A stretch of DNA of 64,000 nucleotides from Mobula hypostoma (lineage: Eukaryota), in contig NC_086101.1 of assembly GCF_963921235.1 (NCBI RefSeq), forward strand, positions 16,120,001 through 16,184,000. Direction: 5' to 3'. Under the pieces are notes generated by a model, which saw only the letters and a program-made list of their open reading frames with translations, ran no database searches and was not told the origin of the DNA. The translations under genes and the position numbers were made by a program. Every line of letters starts with the position of its first letter. Position 1 is the first letter of the stretch. Below, piece by piece: positions 12,811 to 23,645 of the stretch.

Positions 12811-14795
12811 TCCACAGTAGAGGACCACCACAGATGTAGCCTTACTAATACGACTGAGTCAGCGCAGACAGCAGGGCCCGCAGCGCTTAGCAGTGTTCCT
12901 GAGCAGGTATAAAAATAACTGAAATAAAGCAAATAAGCTTTTTACACTTTTAACTACCTAAATTGGAACCAAGTAATCAAGCATGAAAAAAGAACATATA
13001 ATGAACTATTGCTAAAGCTACGAATATTGGTGAATATTAATATCAAAAGCGGTAGGTTGGCAACTCTACCTCGTACCGTTTCTCTCGCAAAAATGGTTGG
13101 ACAGGAAGTGGATCTGTGAGTGTCGATACTCACAAATTCCTCACACGTGGGGTATTACAAAGTTAGACCAATACAGGTCCTGTTTAGTCTTTAAATGTAT
13201 AAAACGTTAAAGAAGCTTGAATCTTTACATAAATTATTATTGTATCTATACGAATAAAAATTATATTTTGGAAGTGATAAATGTTAACAGAGGAGGAAAG
13301 CAACCATCTGGGAGGTTTGAAAATGCGTTTCGTCTCGTTCATTGTCTCACTAAATTACTCTTTTTCCTATCAGCACAAAGAGAAAAAGATCCTCTTTCCA
13401 ATCAACTATAGTTGGTGGAGCTCGGCCAAGGGGTTGATCCGTTATTAATGACAGTTGAAATGACGTAAAAATAGCTTATAGCCTAGAAATGTTCTTTTTT
13501 CTCCATTTGGCTTGTTAAAAAAAACTAAATTCGCTTTATCCAGGTGTAGAAGAGGATTTGGGATGATTACCTTGAGCATTTCATCAAAATCAGGCCGAAG
13601 ATGAGCGAGCAGTGATTTTTTTTTTCATTCATTATTTTTGACTTTTAACCTTAGGTTTCGATGTTCACTCCTTGCCTAATATAGCTCCTAAGTGGAATCC
13701 AGTGGTACCCGTTGGAGAGAGCGGAAGAATGCTCCCACTCGCGTACAGTCGTCCCTCGGCTGGAGAGAGACTCGGGCTCTGCGAAATGGCGGGAGGCTAC
13801 AGCAGGGCATGCTGGGAAAACAACGGGTCCAGCGAGGACCAAATTCACAAATACAGTGCCGAAATAAATTACAGTCACTGCTCCAGGATTTCACCAAAAA
13901 CGATCAAATATCCGATCCTAATGTTACTAGTGGTACGTTACCCACCAGCCGCCAACCACTCTCCCCAACACACGGTTCCGTAAAATTCCCTCTATTTAAT
14001 ATGCGGCCGCTGTTAAATTCCCCGTTTGTTTATTTTGACTTTTTTAACAGAGGTGCCGGAGCGACGCTCCAGTAGTACTGTACCCCTGGAAGGAGGTACT
14101 CTCAGTGATTTAGGAAATGCTTCTTCCTCTCTGCCATCCAATTTCTAAATCGATATCATACCCATGAACCCTACCTCACTTTTTAAATATTATTTATGTT
14201 TTTGCACGATTTCTAATTTAACTATTTATTATACATATATACAAACTTTGTACTTACTGTAATTGATCAACTTATTTAGTATTTTTTTCTAAATTATCGT
14301 GTATTGCATTGTATTGTTACCACTTAAGTAAACAAATTTCACAACATATGCCGGTGATATTAAACCTGATTCTGATACTGATGCCGTTTCTGGTTCTGAT
14401 CCCGCCATCAGTCAGAGTTGGCATTGGGGGTAGAAACTTTGAAAGAATGAGGTGGTAAAATGTGAGCAGACAGACTGTTGGTAAACCTCTTCTGCACCTT
14501 TTCCAAAACCTCACCATCCTTCTTATAACGGGCTGAACAGAACTGAATGCAATACCAGATGCAAACTAAATAATTATATAAAGCTATAATGCAACTTCAC
14601 AACTCTTGATTGATTACTTTGAATAATTAAGGCAAATAAGCCGTAAGCCTTCTTTTCCACCCTATTAACGTATCCGGCCCCCTTCACGGGAGCTTTGGAC
14701 TTGGGCTCCAAGATCCTTCTGCTCATTTGTACTGTTAAGGGTCTTGCCACTCACTAACGGTGTACTCTGTGTATACATTTGAATAATATTAATGT

Positions 14796-14842
14796 TCAAG
14801 AGCGAACTGGGAGGTATTTGACTGAGAACTGTTTGCCAGGCT
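14796..14842 (-). CDS. NCR3-like copy A, putative terminal coding exon (EPGKQFSVKYLPVRS*)
   Basis: Acceptor cttttctccag|AG, phase 1; stop TGA; acceptor, length and stop position conserved with copy B (3804-3850). Confidence 0.6.
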
Positions 14843-15264
14843 CTGGAGAAAAGCTGGAGTGTGGAATTGTTGTTGCGTGGACTCAGTACAGACAGAATGC
14901 GCTGAGTGTCCCCATTTGAAAGGTCAACTCTCAATCTCCCTCCCTAGGTTCTGCCTGACTTACGAGTTCCTCCAGCATTGTGTTTCTTTCATTCCAGGTT
15001 CCAGCACCAGCAGCCTCTTTGGAATTGGGATTTGTTTATTATTGTCCCATAATCTGAGGTACAGTGAAAAACTTGTCTTGCATACTGTTCATTCAGATCA
15101 GATCATTACGTGGCGCACAGTGAGGTAGTACTGTACTCGGTAAATCAATAGCAGAGTGAAGTGTAACAGTGACAAAGAAAGTGCAGTGTAGGGAGACAAT
15201 GTCATAACGAGGTAAATTATGAGGTCAAGAGCCCATCTGATCACACCAGGGAACCAGGTAATAG

Positions 15265-18200
15265 AACATAGAACAGTACAGCATAGTACAGGCCCTTCGG
15301 CCCACAATGTTGTGCTGACCCTTAAACCCAGCCTCCCACATAACACCCCACCTTAAATTCCTCCATATACCTGTCCAATAGTCCCTTAAATTTCACAAGT
15401 GTATCTGCCTCTACCATCAACTCAGACAGTGTATTCCACGCACCAACCACTCTCTGAGTAAAAAAGCTTCCTCTAATATCCACCTTGAACTTCCCACCCC
15501 TTACCTTAAAGCCATGTCCTCTTGTTTTGAGCAGTGGTGCCCTGAGGAGGAGGCACTGGCTGTCCACTCTATCTATTCCTCTGATTATCTTGTATACCTC
15601 TATCATGTCTCCTCTCATCCTCCTCCTCTCCAGAGAGTAAACCCCTAGCTCCCTTAATCTCTGATCATAATGCATTCTCTCTAAACCAGGCAGCATCCTG
15701 GTAAATCTCCTCTGTACCCTTTCCAATGCTCCACATCCTTCCTATAGTGAGGCGACCAGAACTGGACACAGAACTCCAAGTGTGGCCTAACCAGAGTTTT
15801 ATAGAGCTGCATCATTATCTCACGACTCTTAAACTATATCCTTCAACTTACGAAAGCTAACACCCCATAAGCTTTCTTAACTACCCTATCTACCTGTGAG
15901 GCAACTTTCAGGGATCTGTGGACATGTACCCCGAGATCCCTCTGCTCCTCCACACTTCCAAGTATGCTGCCATTTACTTTGTACTCTGCCTCGGAGTTTG
16001 TCCTTCCAAAGTGTACCACCTCACACTTCTCCGGGTTGAACTCCATCTGCCACTTCTCAGCCCATTTCTGCATCCTATCAGTATCTCTCTGCAATATGCG
16101 ACAATCCACTACACTATCCACAACACCACCAACTTTTGTGTCGTCTGCAAACTTGCGAAACCACCCTTCTACCCCCACATCCAGGTCGTTAATAAAAATC
16201 ACGAAAAGTAGAGGTCCCAGAACTGATCCTTGTGGGACACCACTAGTCACAACTCTCCAATCTGAATGTACTCCCTCCACCACGACCCTCTGCTTTCTGC
16301 AGGCAAGCCAATTCTGAATCCACCTGGCCAAACGTCCCTGGAAACCTTCTGACTTTCTGAATAAGCCTACTGTGAGGAAACCTGTCAAATGCCTTACGAA
16401 AATCCATATAGATCACATCCACTGCACTACCCTCATCTACATGCCTGGTCATCTCTTCAAAGAACTCTATCAGGCTTGTTAGACACGATCTCCCCTTCAC
16501 AAAGCCATGCTGACTGTCCCTGATCAGACCATAATTCTCTAAAAGCCCATAGATCCTATCTCTAAAAATCTTTTCCAACAGTTTTCCTACCACAGATGTA
16601 AGGCTCATTGATCTATAATTACCCGGACTATCCCTACTACCTTTTTTGAACAAGGAGACAACATTCGCCTCCCTCCAATCCTCCGGTACCATTCCCGTGG
16701 ACAACGAGGACATAAAGATCCTAGCCAGAGGCTCAGCAATCTCTTCTCTCACCTTGTGGAGCAGCCTGGGGAATACTCTGTCAGGCCCCGGGGACTTACC
16801 GTCCTAATGTATTTTAACAACTCCAACACCTCCTCTCCCTTAATATCAACATGCTCCAGAACATCCACCTCACTCATATTGTCCTCACCATCATCAAGTT
16901 CCCTCTCATTGGTGAATACCGAAGAGAAGTATTCATTGAGGACCTCGCTCACTTCCACAGCCTCCAGGCACATCTTCCCACCTTTATCTCTAATTGGTCC
17001 TATCTTCACTCCTGTCATCCTTTTGTTCTCCACATAATTGAAGAATGCCTTGGGGTTTTCCTTTACCCTACTCGCCAAGGCCTTCTTATGCCCCCTTCTT
17101 GGTCTCCTCAGTCCCTTCTTAAGCTCCTTTCTTGCTTCCCTATATTCTTCAATAGACCCATCTGATCCTTGCTTCCTAAGCCTCATGTATGCTGCCTTCT
17201 TCCACCTGACTAGATTTTCCACCTCACTTGACACCAATGGATCCTTCACCCGACCACTCTTTATCTTCCTCGCTGGGACAAATTTATCCGTAACATCCTG
17301 CAAGAGATCCCCAAACATCGACCACATGTCTGTAGTACATTTCCCTGCAAAAACTTCATCTCAATTCACACCCACAATTTCTAGCCTTATAGCCTCATGA
17401 TTTGCCCTTCCCCAATTAAAAATTTTCCTGTCCTCTCTGATTCTGCTCTTTTCCATGATAATGCTAAAGGCCAGGGAACGGTGGTCACTGTCCCCCAGAT
17501 GCTCACCCACTGAGAGATCTGTGACCTGACCCAGTTCATTACCTAATACTCAATCAGGTATGGCATTCCCCCTAGTCAGCCTGTCCACATACTGTGACAG
17601 GAATCCATCCTGGACACACTTAACAAACTCTGCCCCGTCTAAACGATTGGAACTAATCAGGTGCCGATCAATATTAGGGAAGTTAAAGTCACCCATGATA
17701 ACAACCCTGTTATTTTTGCACCTTTCCAAAATCTGCCTCCCAATCTGCTCCTCTGTATCTCTGCTACTACCGGGGGGCCTATAGAATACTCCCAATAGAG
17801 CAACTGCTCCCTTCCTGTTCCTCACTTCCACCCATACTGACTCAAAAGAGGATCCTGCTACATTACCCACCCTTTCTGTAGCTGTAATAGTATCCCTGAC
17901 CAGTAATGCCACCCCCTCCTCCCCTTTTCCCCCCTCTCTATCCCTTTTAAAGCACTGAAATCCAGGAATATTGAGAATCCATTCCTGTCCTGGTGCCAGC
18001 CAAGTCTCAGTAATGGCCACTACATCATAATTCCATGTATGTAGCCAAGCTCTCAATATATCACCTTTGTTCCTGATGCTTCTTGCATTGAGGTACACAG
18101 ACTTTAGCCCTTCTACCTTACTGCCTTTACACCCTTTAGTCTATTTCTCTTTCATCAAAGCCTCTTTATATGTTAGATCTGGCTTTACTCCATGTACTAT

Positions 18201-18680
18201 ACTTACAGTTCTTGCATGACCTTTATCCTCCTCCACGTCACTATCTGCTCTAATACTCTGGTTCCCCTCCCCCTGCAAATCTAGTTTAAACCCCCCGGAG
18301 CAGCACTGGCAAGCCTTCCCTCAAGGATGTTAGTTCCCCTCCAGTTCAGGTGTAACCTGTCCTGTCAGAACAGGTCCCACCTTCCCTGGAACAAGGCCCA
18401 ATTGTCCAGAAACATGAAGCCCTCCCTCCTGCACTAACTCCTTAGCCACATATTTAGCTGCATTATCTTCCTATTTCTAGCCTCACTAGCATGTGGCACA
18501 GGTAGCAATGCTGAAACTGCAACCCTGGACGTCCTGTCCTTCAACTTTGCACCTAACTCCCTAAATTCTCTTTGCAGGACCTCCTCCTTCTTCGTATCCA
18601 CGTCATTGGTCCCTACGTGGACCACGACATCTGGCTGCTCACCCTCCCTCTTGAGAATACTGTGAACTCGATCTGAGATA
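15265..18680 (-). mobile_element. 5'-truncated CR1 LINE (3' half of ORF1, frameshifted ORF2), specific to the copy A intron
   Basis: VHVGTND esterase, YLNARSIRNK..ITETWL..MGDFN endonuclease, [16 protein letters not shown]; flanks are contiguous in copy B (about 4255-4270). Confidence 0.92.
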
Positions 18681-18890
18681 TCTCATAACAGTAGGATAGA
18701 AGCTGTCCTTGCGCCTGGCAGTTTGATCTTTCAGGCTTTTGTACCTTCTGCCCAATGGGAGAGGGGAGAGGGGAGATGAGAGAATGTCCTGGGTGGGTGG
18801 GGTCTTTGATTATGTTGGCAGCTTTACTGAGGCAGCAAGAAATCAGAAGACAGAGTCCTTGGAAGAAAGGTTTGATTTGTTAGTACTCAC

Positions 18891-18948
18891 CCCCTCTCCC
18901 ACATTTTCTGTTCTGGAACGATTTTATCATTATCCAGTTGGTGAAATT
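18891..18948 (-). CDS. Possible stalk/alternative exon of NCR3-like copy A (EFHQLDNDKIVPEQKMWER..)
   Basis: Acceptor ttttcattgttag (also in copy B at about 4530) and donor GG|GTGAGT; 58 nt, phase 1 to 2. The equivalent donor in copy B reads ATGAGG. Confidence 0.3.
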
Positions 18949-19075
18949 CTAACAATGAAAATTTAAAACCTGCAGATGCGGGAATTTTTTTTTTTTTTTA
19001 ATAGGTGCAGGAGTAGGCCATTCGGCCCTTCGAGCCTGCACCGCCATTTATTATGATCATGGCTGATCATCCAAC

Positions 19076-22000
19076 TCAGAACCCAGCCTTCCCTGCATAC
19101 CCCCTGACCCCTGTAGCCACAAGGGCCATATCTAACTTCCTTTTAAACATAGCTAATGAACTGGCCTCAACAGTTTGCTGTGGCAGAGAATTCCACAGAT
19201 TCACCACTCTCTGTGTGAAGAAGTTTTTCCTAACCTCGGTCCTAAAAGGCTTCCCCTCTATCCTCAAACTGTGACCCCTCGTTCTAGACCTCCCCAACAT
19301 CGGGAACAATCTTCCCGCATCTAGCCTGTCCAATCCCTTTAGGATCTTATACGTTTCAATCAGATCCCCCCTCAATCTTCTAAATTCCAACGAGTACAAG
19401 CCCAGTTCATCCAGTCTTTCTTCATATGAAAGACCTGCCATCCCAGGAATCAATCTGGTGAACCTTCTTTGTACTCCCTCTATGGCAAAGATGTCTTTCC
19501 TCAGATTAGGGGACCAAAACTGCACACAATACTCCAGGTGTGGTCTCACCAAGGCCTTGTACAACTGCAGTAGTACCTCCCTGCTCCTGTACTCGAATCC
19601 TCTCGCTATAAATGCCAGCATACCGTTCGCCTTTTTCACCGCCTGCTGTACCTGCATGCCCACTTTCAATGACTGGTGTATAATGACACCCAGGTCTCGT
19701 TGCACCTCCCCTTTTCCTAATCGGCCACCATTCAGATAATAATCTGTTTTCCTATTTTTGCCACCAAAGTGGATAACTTCACATTTATCCACATTAAATT
19801 GCATCTGCCATGAGTTTGCCCACTCACCCAACCTATCCAAGTCACCCTGCATCCTCTTAGCATCCTCCTCACTGCTAACACTGCCACCCAGCTTTGTGTC
19901 ATCCGCAAACTTGGAGATGCTGCATTTAATTCCCTCATCCAAGTCATTAATATATATTGTAAACAACTGGGGTCCCAGCACTGAGCCTTGCGGTACCCCA
20001 CTAGTCACCGCCTGCCATTCTGAAAAGGTCCCGTTTATTCCCACTCTTTGCTTCCTGTCTGCTAACCAATTCTCCACCCACACCAATACCTTACCCCCAA
20101 TACCGTGTGCTTTAAGTTTGCACACTAATCTCCTGTGTGGGACCTTGTCAAAAGCCTTTTGAAAATCCAAATATACCACATCCACTGGTTCTCCCCTATC
20201 CACTCTACTAGTTACATCCTCAAAAAATTCTATGAGATTCGTCAGACATGATTTTCCTTTCACAAATCCATGCTGACTTTGTCCGATCATTTCACCGCTT
20301 TCCAAATGTGCTGTTATCACATCCTTGATAACTGACTCCAGCAGTTTCCCCACCACCGACGTTAGGCTAACCGGCCTATAATTCCCCGGTTTCTCTCTCC
20401 CTCCTTTTTTAAAAAGTGGGGTTACATTAGCCACCCTCCAATCCTCAGGAACTAGTCCAGAATCTAACGAGTTTTGAAAAATTATCACTAATGCATCCAC
20501 TATTTCTTGGGCCACTTCCTTAAGCACTCTGGGATGCAGACCATCTGGCCCTGGGGATTTATCTGCCTTCAATCCCTTCAATTTACCTAACACCACTTCC
20601 CTACTAACATGTATTTCGCTCAGTTCCTCCATCTCACTGGACCCTCTGTCCCTTACTATTTCTGGAAGATTATTTATGTCCTCCTTAGTGAAGACAGAAC
20701 CAAAGTAATTATTCAATTGGTCTGCCATGTCCTTGCTCCCCATAATCAATTCACCTGTTTCTGTTTGCAGGGGACCTACATTTGTCTTTATCAGTCTTTT
20801 CCTTTTTACATATCTATAAAAGCTTTTACAGTCCGTTTTTATGTTCTCTGCCAGTTTTCTCTCATAATCTTTTTTCCCCTTCCTAATTAAGCCCTTTGTC
20901 CTCCTCTGCTGAACTCTGAATTTCTCCCAGTCCTCAGGTGAGCCACTTTCTCTGGCTAATTTGTATGCTACTTCTTTGGAATTGATACTATCCCTAATTT
21001 CTCTTGTCAGCCACGGGTGCACTACCTTCCTTGATTTATTCTTTTGCCAAACTGGGATGAACAATTGTTGTAGTTCATCCATGCAACCTTTAAATGCCTG
21101 CCATTGCATATCCACCGTCAATCCTTGAAGTGTCATTTGCCAGTCTATCTTAGCTAATTCACGTCTCATACCTTCAAAGTTACCCCTCTTTAAGTTCAGA
21201 ACCTTTGTTTCTGAATTAACTATGTCACTCTCCATCTTAATGAAGAATTCCACCATATTATGGTCACTCTTACCCAAGGGGCCTCTCACGACAAGATCGC
21301 TAATTAACCCTTCCTCATTGCTCAAAACCCAGTCCAGAATAGCCTGCTCTCTAGTCGGTTCCTCGACATGTTGGTTCAAAAAACCATCCCGCATACATTC
21401 CAAGAAATCCTCTTCCTCAGCACCTTTACCAATTTGGTTCACCCAGTCTACATGTAGATTGAAGTCACCCATTATAACTGCTGTTCCTTTATTGCACACA
21501 TTTCTAATTTCCTGTTTAATACCATCTCCGACCTCACTACTACTGTTAGGTGGCCTGTACACAACTCCCACCAGCGTCTTCTGCCCCTTAGTGTTACGCA
21601 GCTCTACCCATATCGATTCCACATCTTCCCGGCTTATGTCCTTCCTTTCTATTGCGTTAATCTCTTTTTTAACCAGCAACGCCACCCCACCTCCCCTTCC
21701 TTCATGTCTATCCCTCCTGAATATTGAATATCCCTGAACGTTGAGCTCCCATCCCTGGTCACCCTGGAGCCATGTCTCTGTGATCCCAACTATATCATAA
21801 TCATTAATAACAATCTGCACTTTCAATTCATCCACCTTATTACGAATGCTCCTTGCATTGACACATAAAGCCTTCAGGCGCTCTTTTACAACTCTCTTAG
21901 CCCTTTTTAATGCTTGCCCTGGATTTGTCGGCCTGCCACTTTTACTTTTCCCCTTTGTACTTTTTGCTTCTACGCTCACTTTACACCCCTCTGTCTCTCT

Positions 22001-22096
22001 GCACTGGTTCCCATCCCTCTGTTGTGAACTAACCTCCTCACACCTAGCCGCTTTAATTTGATTCCCACCCCCCAACCATTCTAGTTTAAAGTCACC
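19076..22096 (-). CDS. CR1 ORF2: APE endonuclease plus reverse transcriptase (about 1000 aa)
   Basis: NARSIRNK, ITETWL, GDFN, SDH; [37 protein letters not shown]. The frame is open from 22096; the first in-frame AUG is about 200 codons in. Confidence 0.96.
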   Translation of the reverse strand, partial: GDFKLEWLGGGNQIKAARCEEVSSQQRDGNQCRETEGCKVSVEAKSTKGKSKSGRPTNPGQALKRAKRVVKERLKALCVNARSIRNKVDELKVQIVINDYDIVGITETWLQGDQGWELNVQGYSIFRRDRHEGRGGGVALLVKKEINAIERKDISREDVESIWVELRNTKGQKTLVGVVYRPPNSSSEVGDGIKQEIRNVCNKGTAVIMGDFNLHVDWVNQIGKGAEEEDFLECMRDGFLNQHVEEPTREQAILDWVLSNEEGLISDLVVRGPLGKSDHNMVEFFIKMESDIVNSETKVLNLKRGNFEGMRRELAKIDWQMTLQGLTVDMQWQAFKGCMDELQQLFIPVWQKNKSRKVVHPWLTREIRDSINSKEVAYKLARESGSPEDWEKFRVQQRRTKGLIRKGKKDYERKLAENIKTDCKSFYRYVKRKRLIKTNVGPLQTETGELIMGSKDMADQLNNYFGSVFTKEDINNLPEIVRDRGSSEMEELSEIHVSREVVLGKLKGLKADKSPGPDGLHPRVLKEVAQEIVDALVIIFQNSLDSGLVPEDWRVANVTPLFKKGGREKPGNYRPVSLTSVVGKLLESVIKDVITAHLESGEMIGQSQHGFVKGKSCLTNLIEFFEDVTSRVDRGEPVDVVYLDFQKAFDKVPHRRLVCKLKAHGIGGKVLVWVENWLADRKQRVGINGTFSEWQAVTSGVPQGSVLGPQLFTIYINDLDEGIKCSISKFADDTKLGGSVSSEEDAKRMQGDLDRLGEWANSWQMQFNVDKCEVIHFGGKNRKTDYYLNGGRLGKGEVQRDLGVIIHQSLKVGMQVQQAVKKANGMLAFIARGFEYRSREVLLQLYKALVRPHLEYCVQFWSPNLRKDIFAIEGVQRRFTRLIPGMAGLSYEERLDELGLYSLEFRRLRGDLIETYKILKGLDRLDAGRLFPMLGRSRTRGHSLRIEGKPFRTEVRKNFFTQRVVNLWNSLPQQTVEASSLAMFKRKLDMALVATGVRGYAGKAGF

Positions 22097-23040
22097 TCAG
22101 TAGCCCCCGCTAATCTCCCTGCCAGGATATTGGTCCCCCTAGGATTTAAGTGTAACCCGTCCTTTTTGTACAGGTCACACCTGCGCCAAAAGAGGTCCCA
22201 ATGATCCAAAAACTTGAATCCCTGCCCCCTGCTCCAATCCCTCAGCCACGCATTTATCCTCCACCTCATCGCATTCCTACTCTCACTGTCGCGTGGCACA
22301 GGCAGTAATCCCGAGATTACTACCTTTGCGGTCCTTTTTCTCAACTCCCTTCCTAGCTCCCTATATTCTTCTTTCAGGACCTCATCCCTTTTCCTACCTA
22401 TGTCATTGGTACCTATATGTACCAGGACCTCTGGCTCTTCACCCTCCCACTTCAGGATATCTTGGACACGATCAGAAATATCCCGGACCCTGGCACCAGG
22501 GAGGCAAACTACCATCCGAGTCTCTGGACTGCGTCCACAGAATCGCCTATCTGACCCCCTTACTATCGAGTCCCCTATCACAACTGCCCTCCTCTTCCTT
22601 GCCCTACCCTTCTGAGCTACAGGGCCAGACTCTGTGCCGGAGGCAGGGCCACTGTCGCTTCCCCCGGGTAAGCTGTCCCCCCCAACAGTACTCAAACAGG
22701 AGTACCTGTTGTTAAGGGGCACAGCCGCCGGGGTACTCCCCATCACCTGCCTTTTCCCCTTCCCCCTCCTAACGGTGACCCACTTGTCTGCCTCCCGTGG
22801 CCCCGGCATGACCACCTGCCTTCCACTCCTCTCTATCACCTCCTCGCTCTCCCTGACCAGACGAAGGTCATCGAGCTGCAGCTCCAGTTCCGTAACGCGG
22901 TCCCTTAGGAGCTGCATCTCGATGCACTTGGCGCAGATGTAGACGTCCGGGAGGCTTGGAGACTCCAGGGCCTCCCACATCCGACACCGAGAACAGCAAA
23001 CTGCCCTCACAGTCATAGTGCCCCTCTCCTCAAATAGCAA
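22081..23040 (-). CDS. CR1 ORF1: Cys zinc-finger plus SGNH esterase (319 aa)
   Basis: CSRCRMWE..ICAKC, coiled coil, GDSIVRG, VHIGTND, DGLHLN. Confidence 0.93.
   Translation of the reverse strand: MLFEERGTMTVRAVCCSRCRMWEALESPSLPDVYICAKCIEMQLLRDRVTELELQLDDLRLVRESEEVIERSGRQVVMPGPREADKWVTVRRGKGKRQVMGSTPAAVPLNNRYSCLSTVGGDSLPGGSDSGPASGTESGPVAQKGRARKRRAVVIGDSIVRGSDRRFCGRSPETRMVVCLPGARVRDISDRVQDILKWEGEEPEVLVHIGTNDIGRKRDEVLKEEYRELGRELRKRTAKVVISGLLPVPRDSESRNAMRWRINAWLRDWSRGQGFKFLDHWDLFWRRCDLYKKDGLHLNPRGTNILAGRLAGATEVTLN
22084..22090 (-). other. Candidate -1 ribosomal frameshift heptamer U_UUA_AAC at the ORF1/ORF2 overlap
   Basis: ACT TTA AAC TAG ends ORF1 and ORF2 is in the -1 frame; the same heptamer occurs at 492-498(+), 18284-18290(-) and 39850-39856(-). 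Confidence 0.6.
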
Positions 23041-23645
23041 CAGAAAATGAATGTCAAACCTTCCTCGCCTCGCCCGCTTCCGCCTAAGCCCGGTGAGCCG
23101 AAGCCCTTAAGTCTTCACTCTGCTCCCAGCTCACTCCGCTGCCCGCAAACTACGCTGCCCGCTCTCTGAGGCTCTGTTCCTTTTAAATCTGCCGCGCTGC
23201 ACTGCCCGACGTCACACGCCTGCGCAGTCCCGCCTCTCAGAAAGCCGTTGGAGAAAAAAAATAACAAAAATTTCAAAAATCTCTTTTTCGGCACTCCCAC
23301 TCAGACTCTCAGACTCCTTCTTCGAATCTAGAAAAAACTAGATATGCTGGAAACGCTCAGCACATCAGGTAGCATCTGTGGGAAGTGAAACAGAGTTAAT
23401 GCTTGAAGTGGAAGATCTTTCCTCAGTACTGGGAAAACATTGTTTACAAGATTCTTCTTTCTTCTAGTTTACCCTCCTTCTCTTCCCTGAGGATTGGTCA
23501 CAGATCTGAACATTTTGCTGCTTCTCTCCCCACAGTAGCTGACTGACCTGCTAAGTGACTCCAGCATTTTCCAGCCTTGACCAAATTCTGTTCGGGTGGT
23601 GGGCCTGATTTGCTTAGACAAGGAGATGCTTGATGATTAGCTTAC

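Larger units (their letters stand above)
18986..23323 (-). mobile_element. Full-length, apparently intact CR1 LINE
   Basis: 5' UTR, two uninterrupted ORFs, 3' UTR, A-run tail (T at 18985-18999 on +), GAAT at both flanks (18982-85 and 23324-27); the empty site is visible in copy B (about 4555-4580). Confidence 0.95.

Noticed and set aside
13820-13880. Hydrophobic stretch VTVIYFGTVFVNLVLAGPVVF on the minus strand as the NCR3 TM exon
   Set aside because: Only a weak GAG acceptor without a pyrimidine tract, no stalk, no charged TM residue, and an in-frame stop just upstream. It is kept as the main alternative to test.
13850-13895. IQCRNKLQSLL resembling the GTF2H4 N-terminus or a Myb/SANT motif
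   Set aside because: The similarity is limited to a few residues, with no supporting flanking homology.
22077-22079. AUG just after the ORF1 stop as a reinitiation codon for ORF2
   Set aside because: Out of frame with ORF2 (8-codon mini-ORF) and absent from the other three CR1 junctions.
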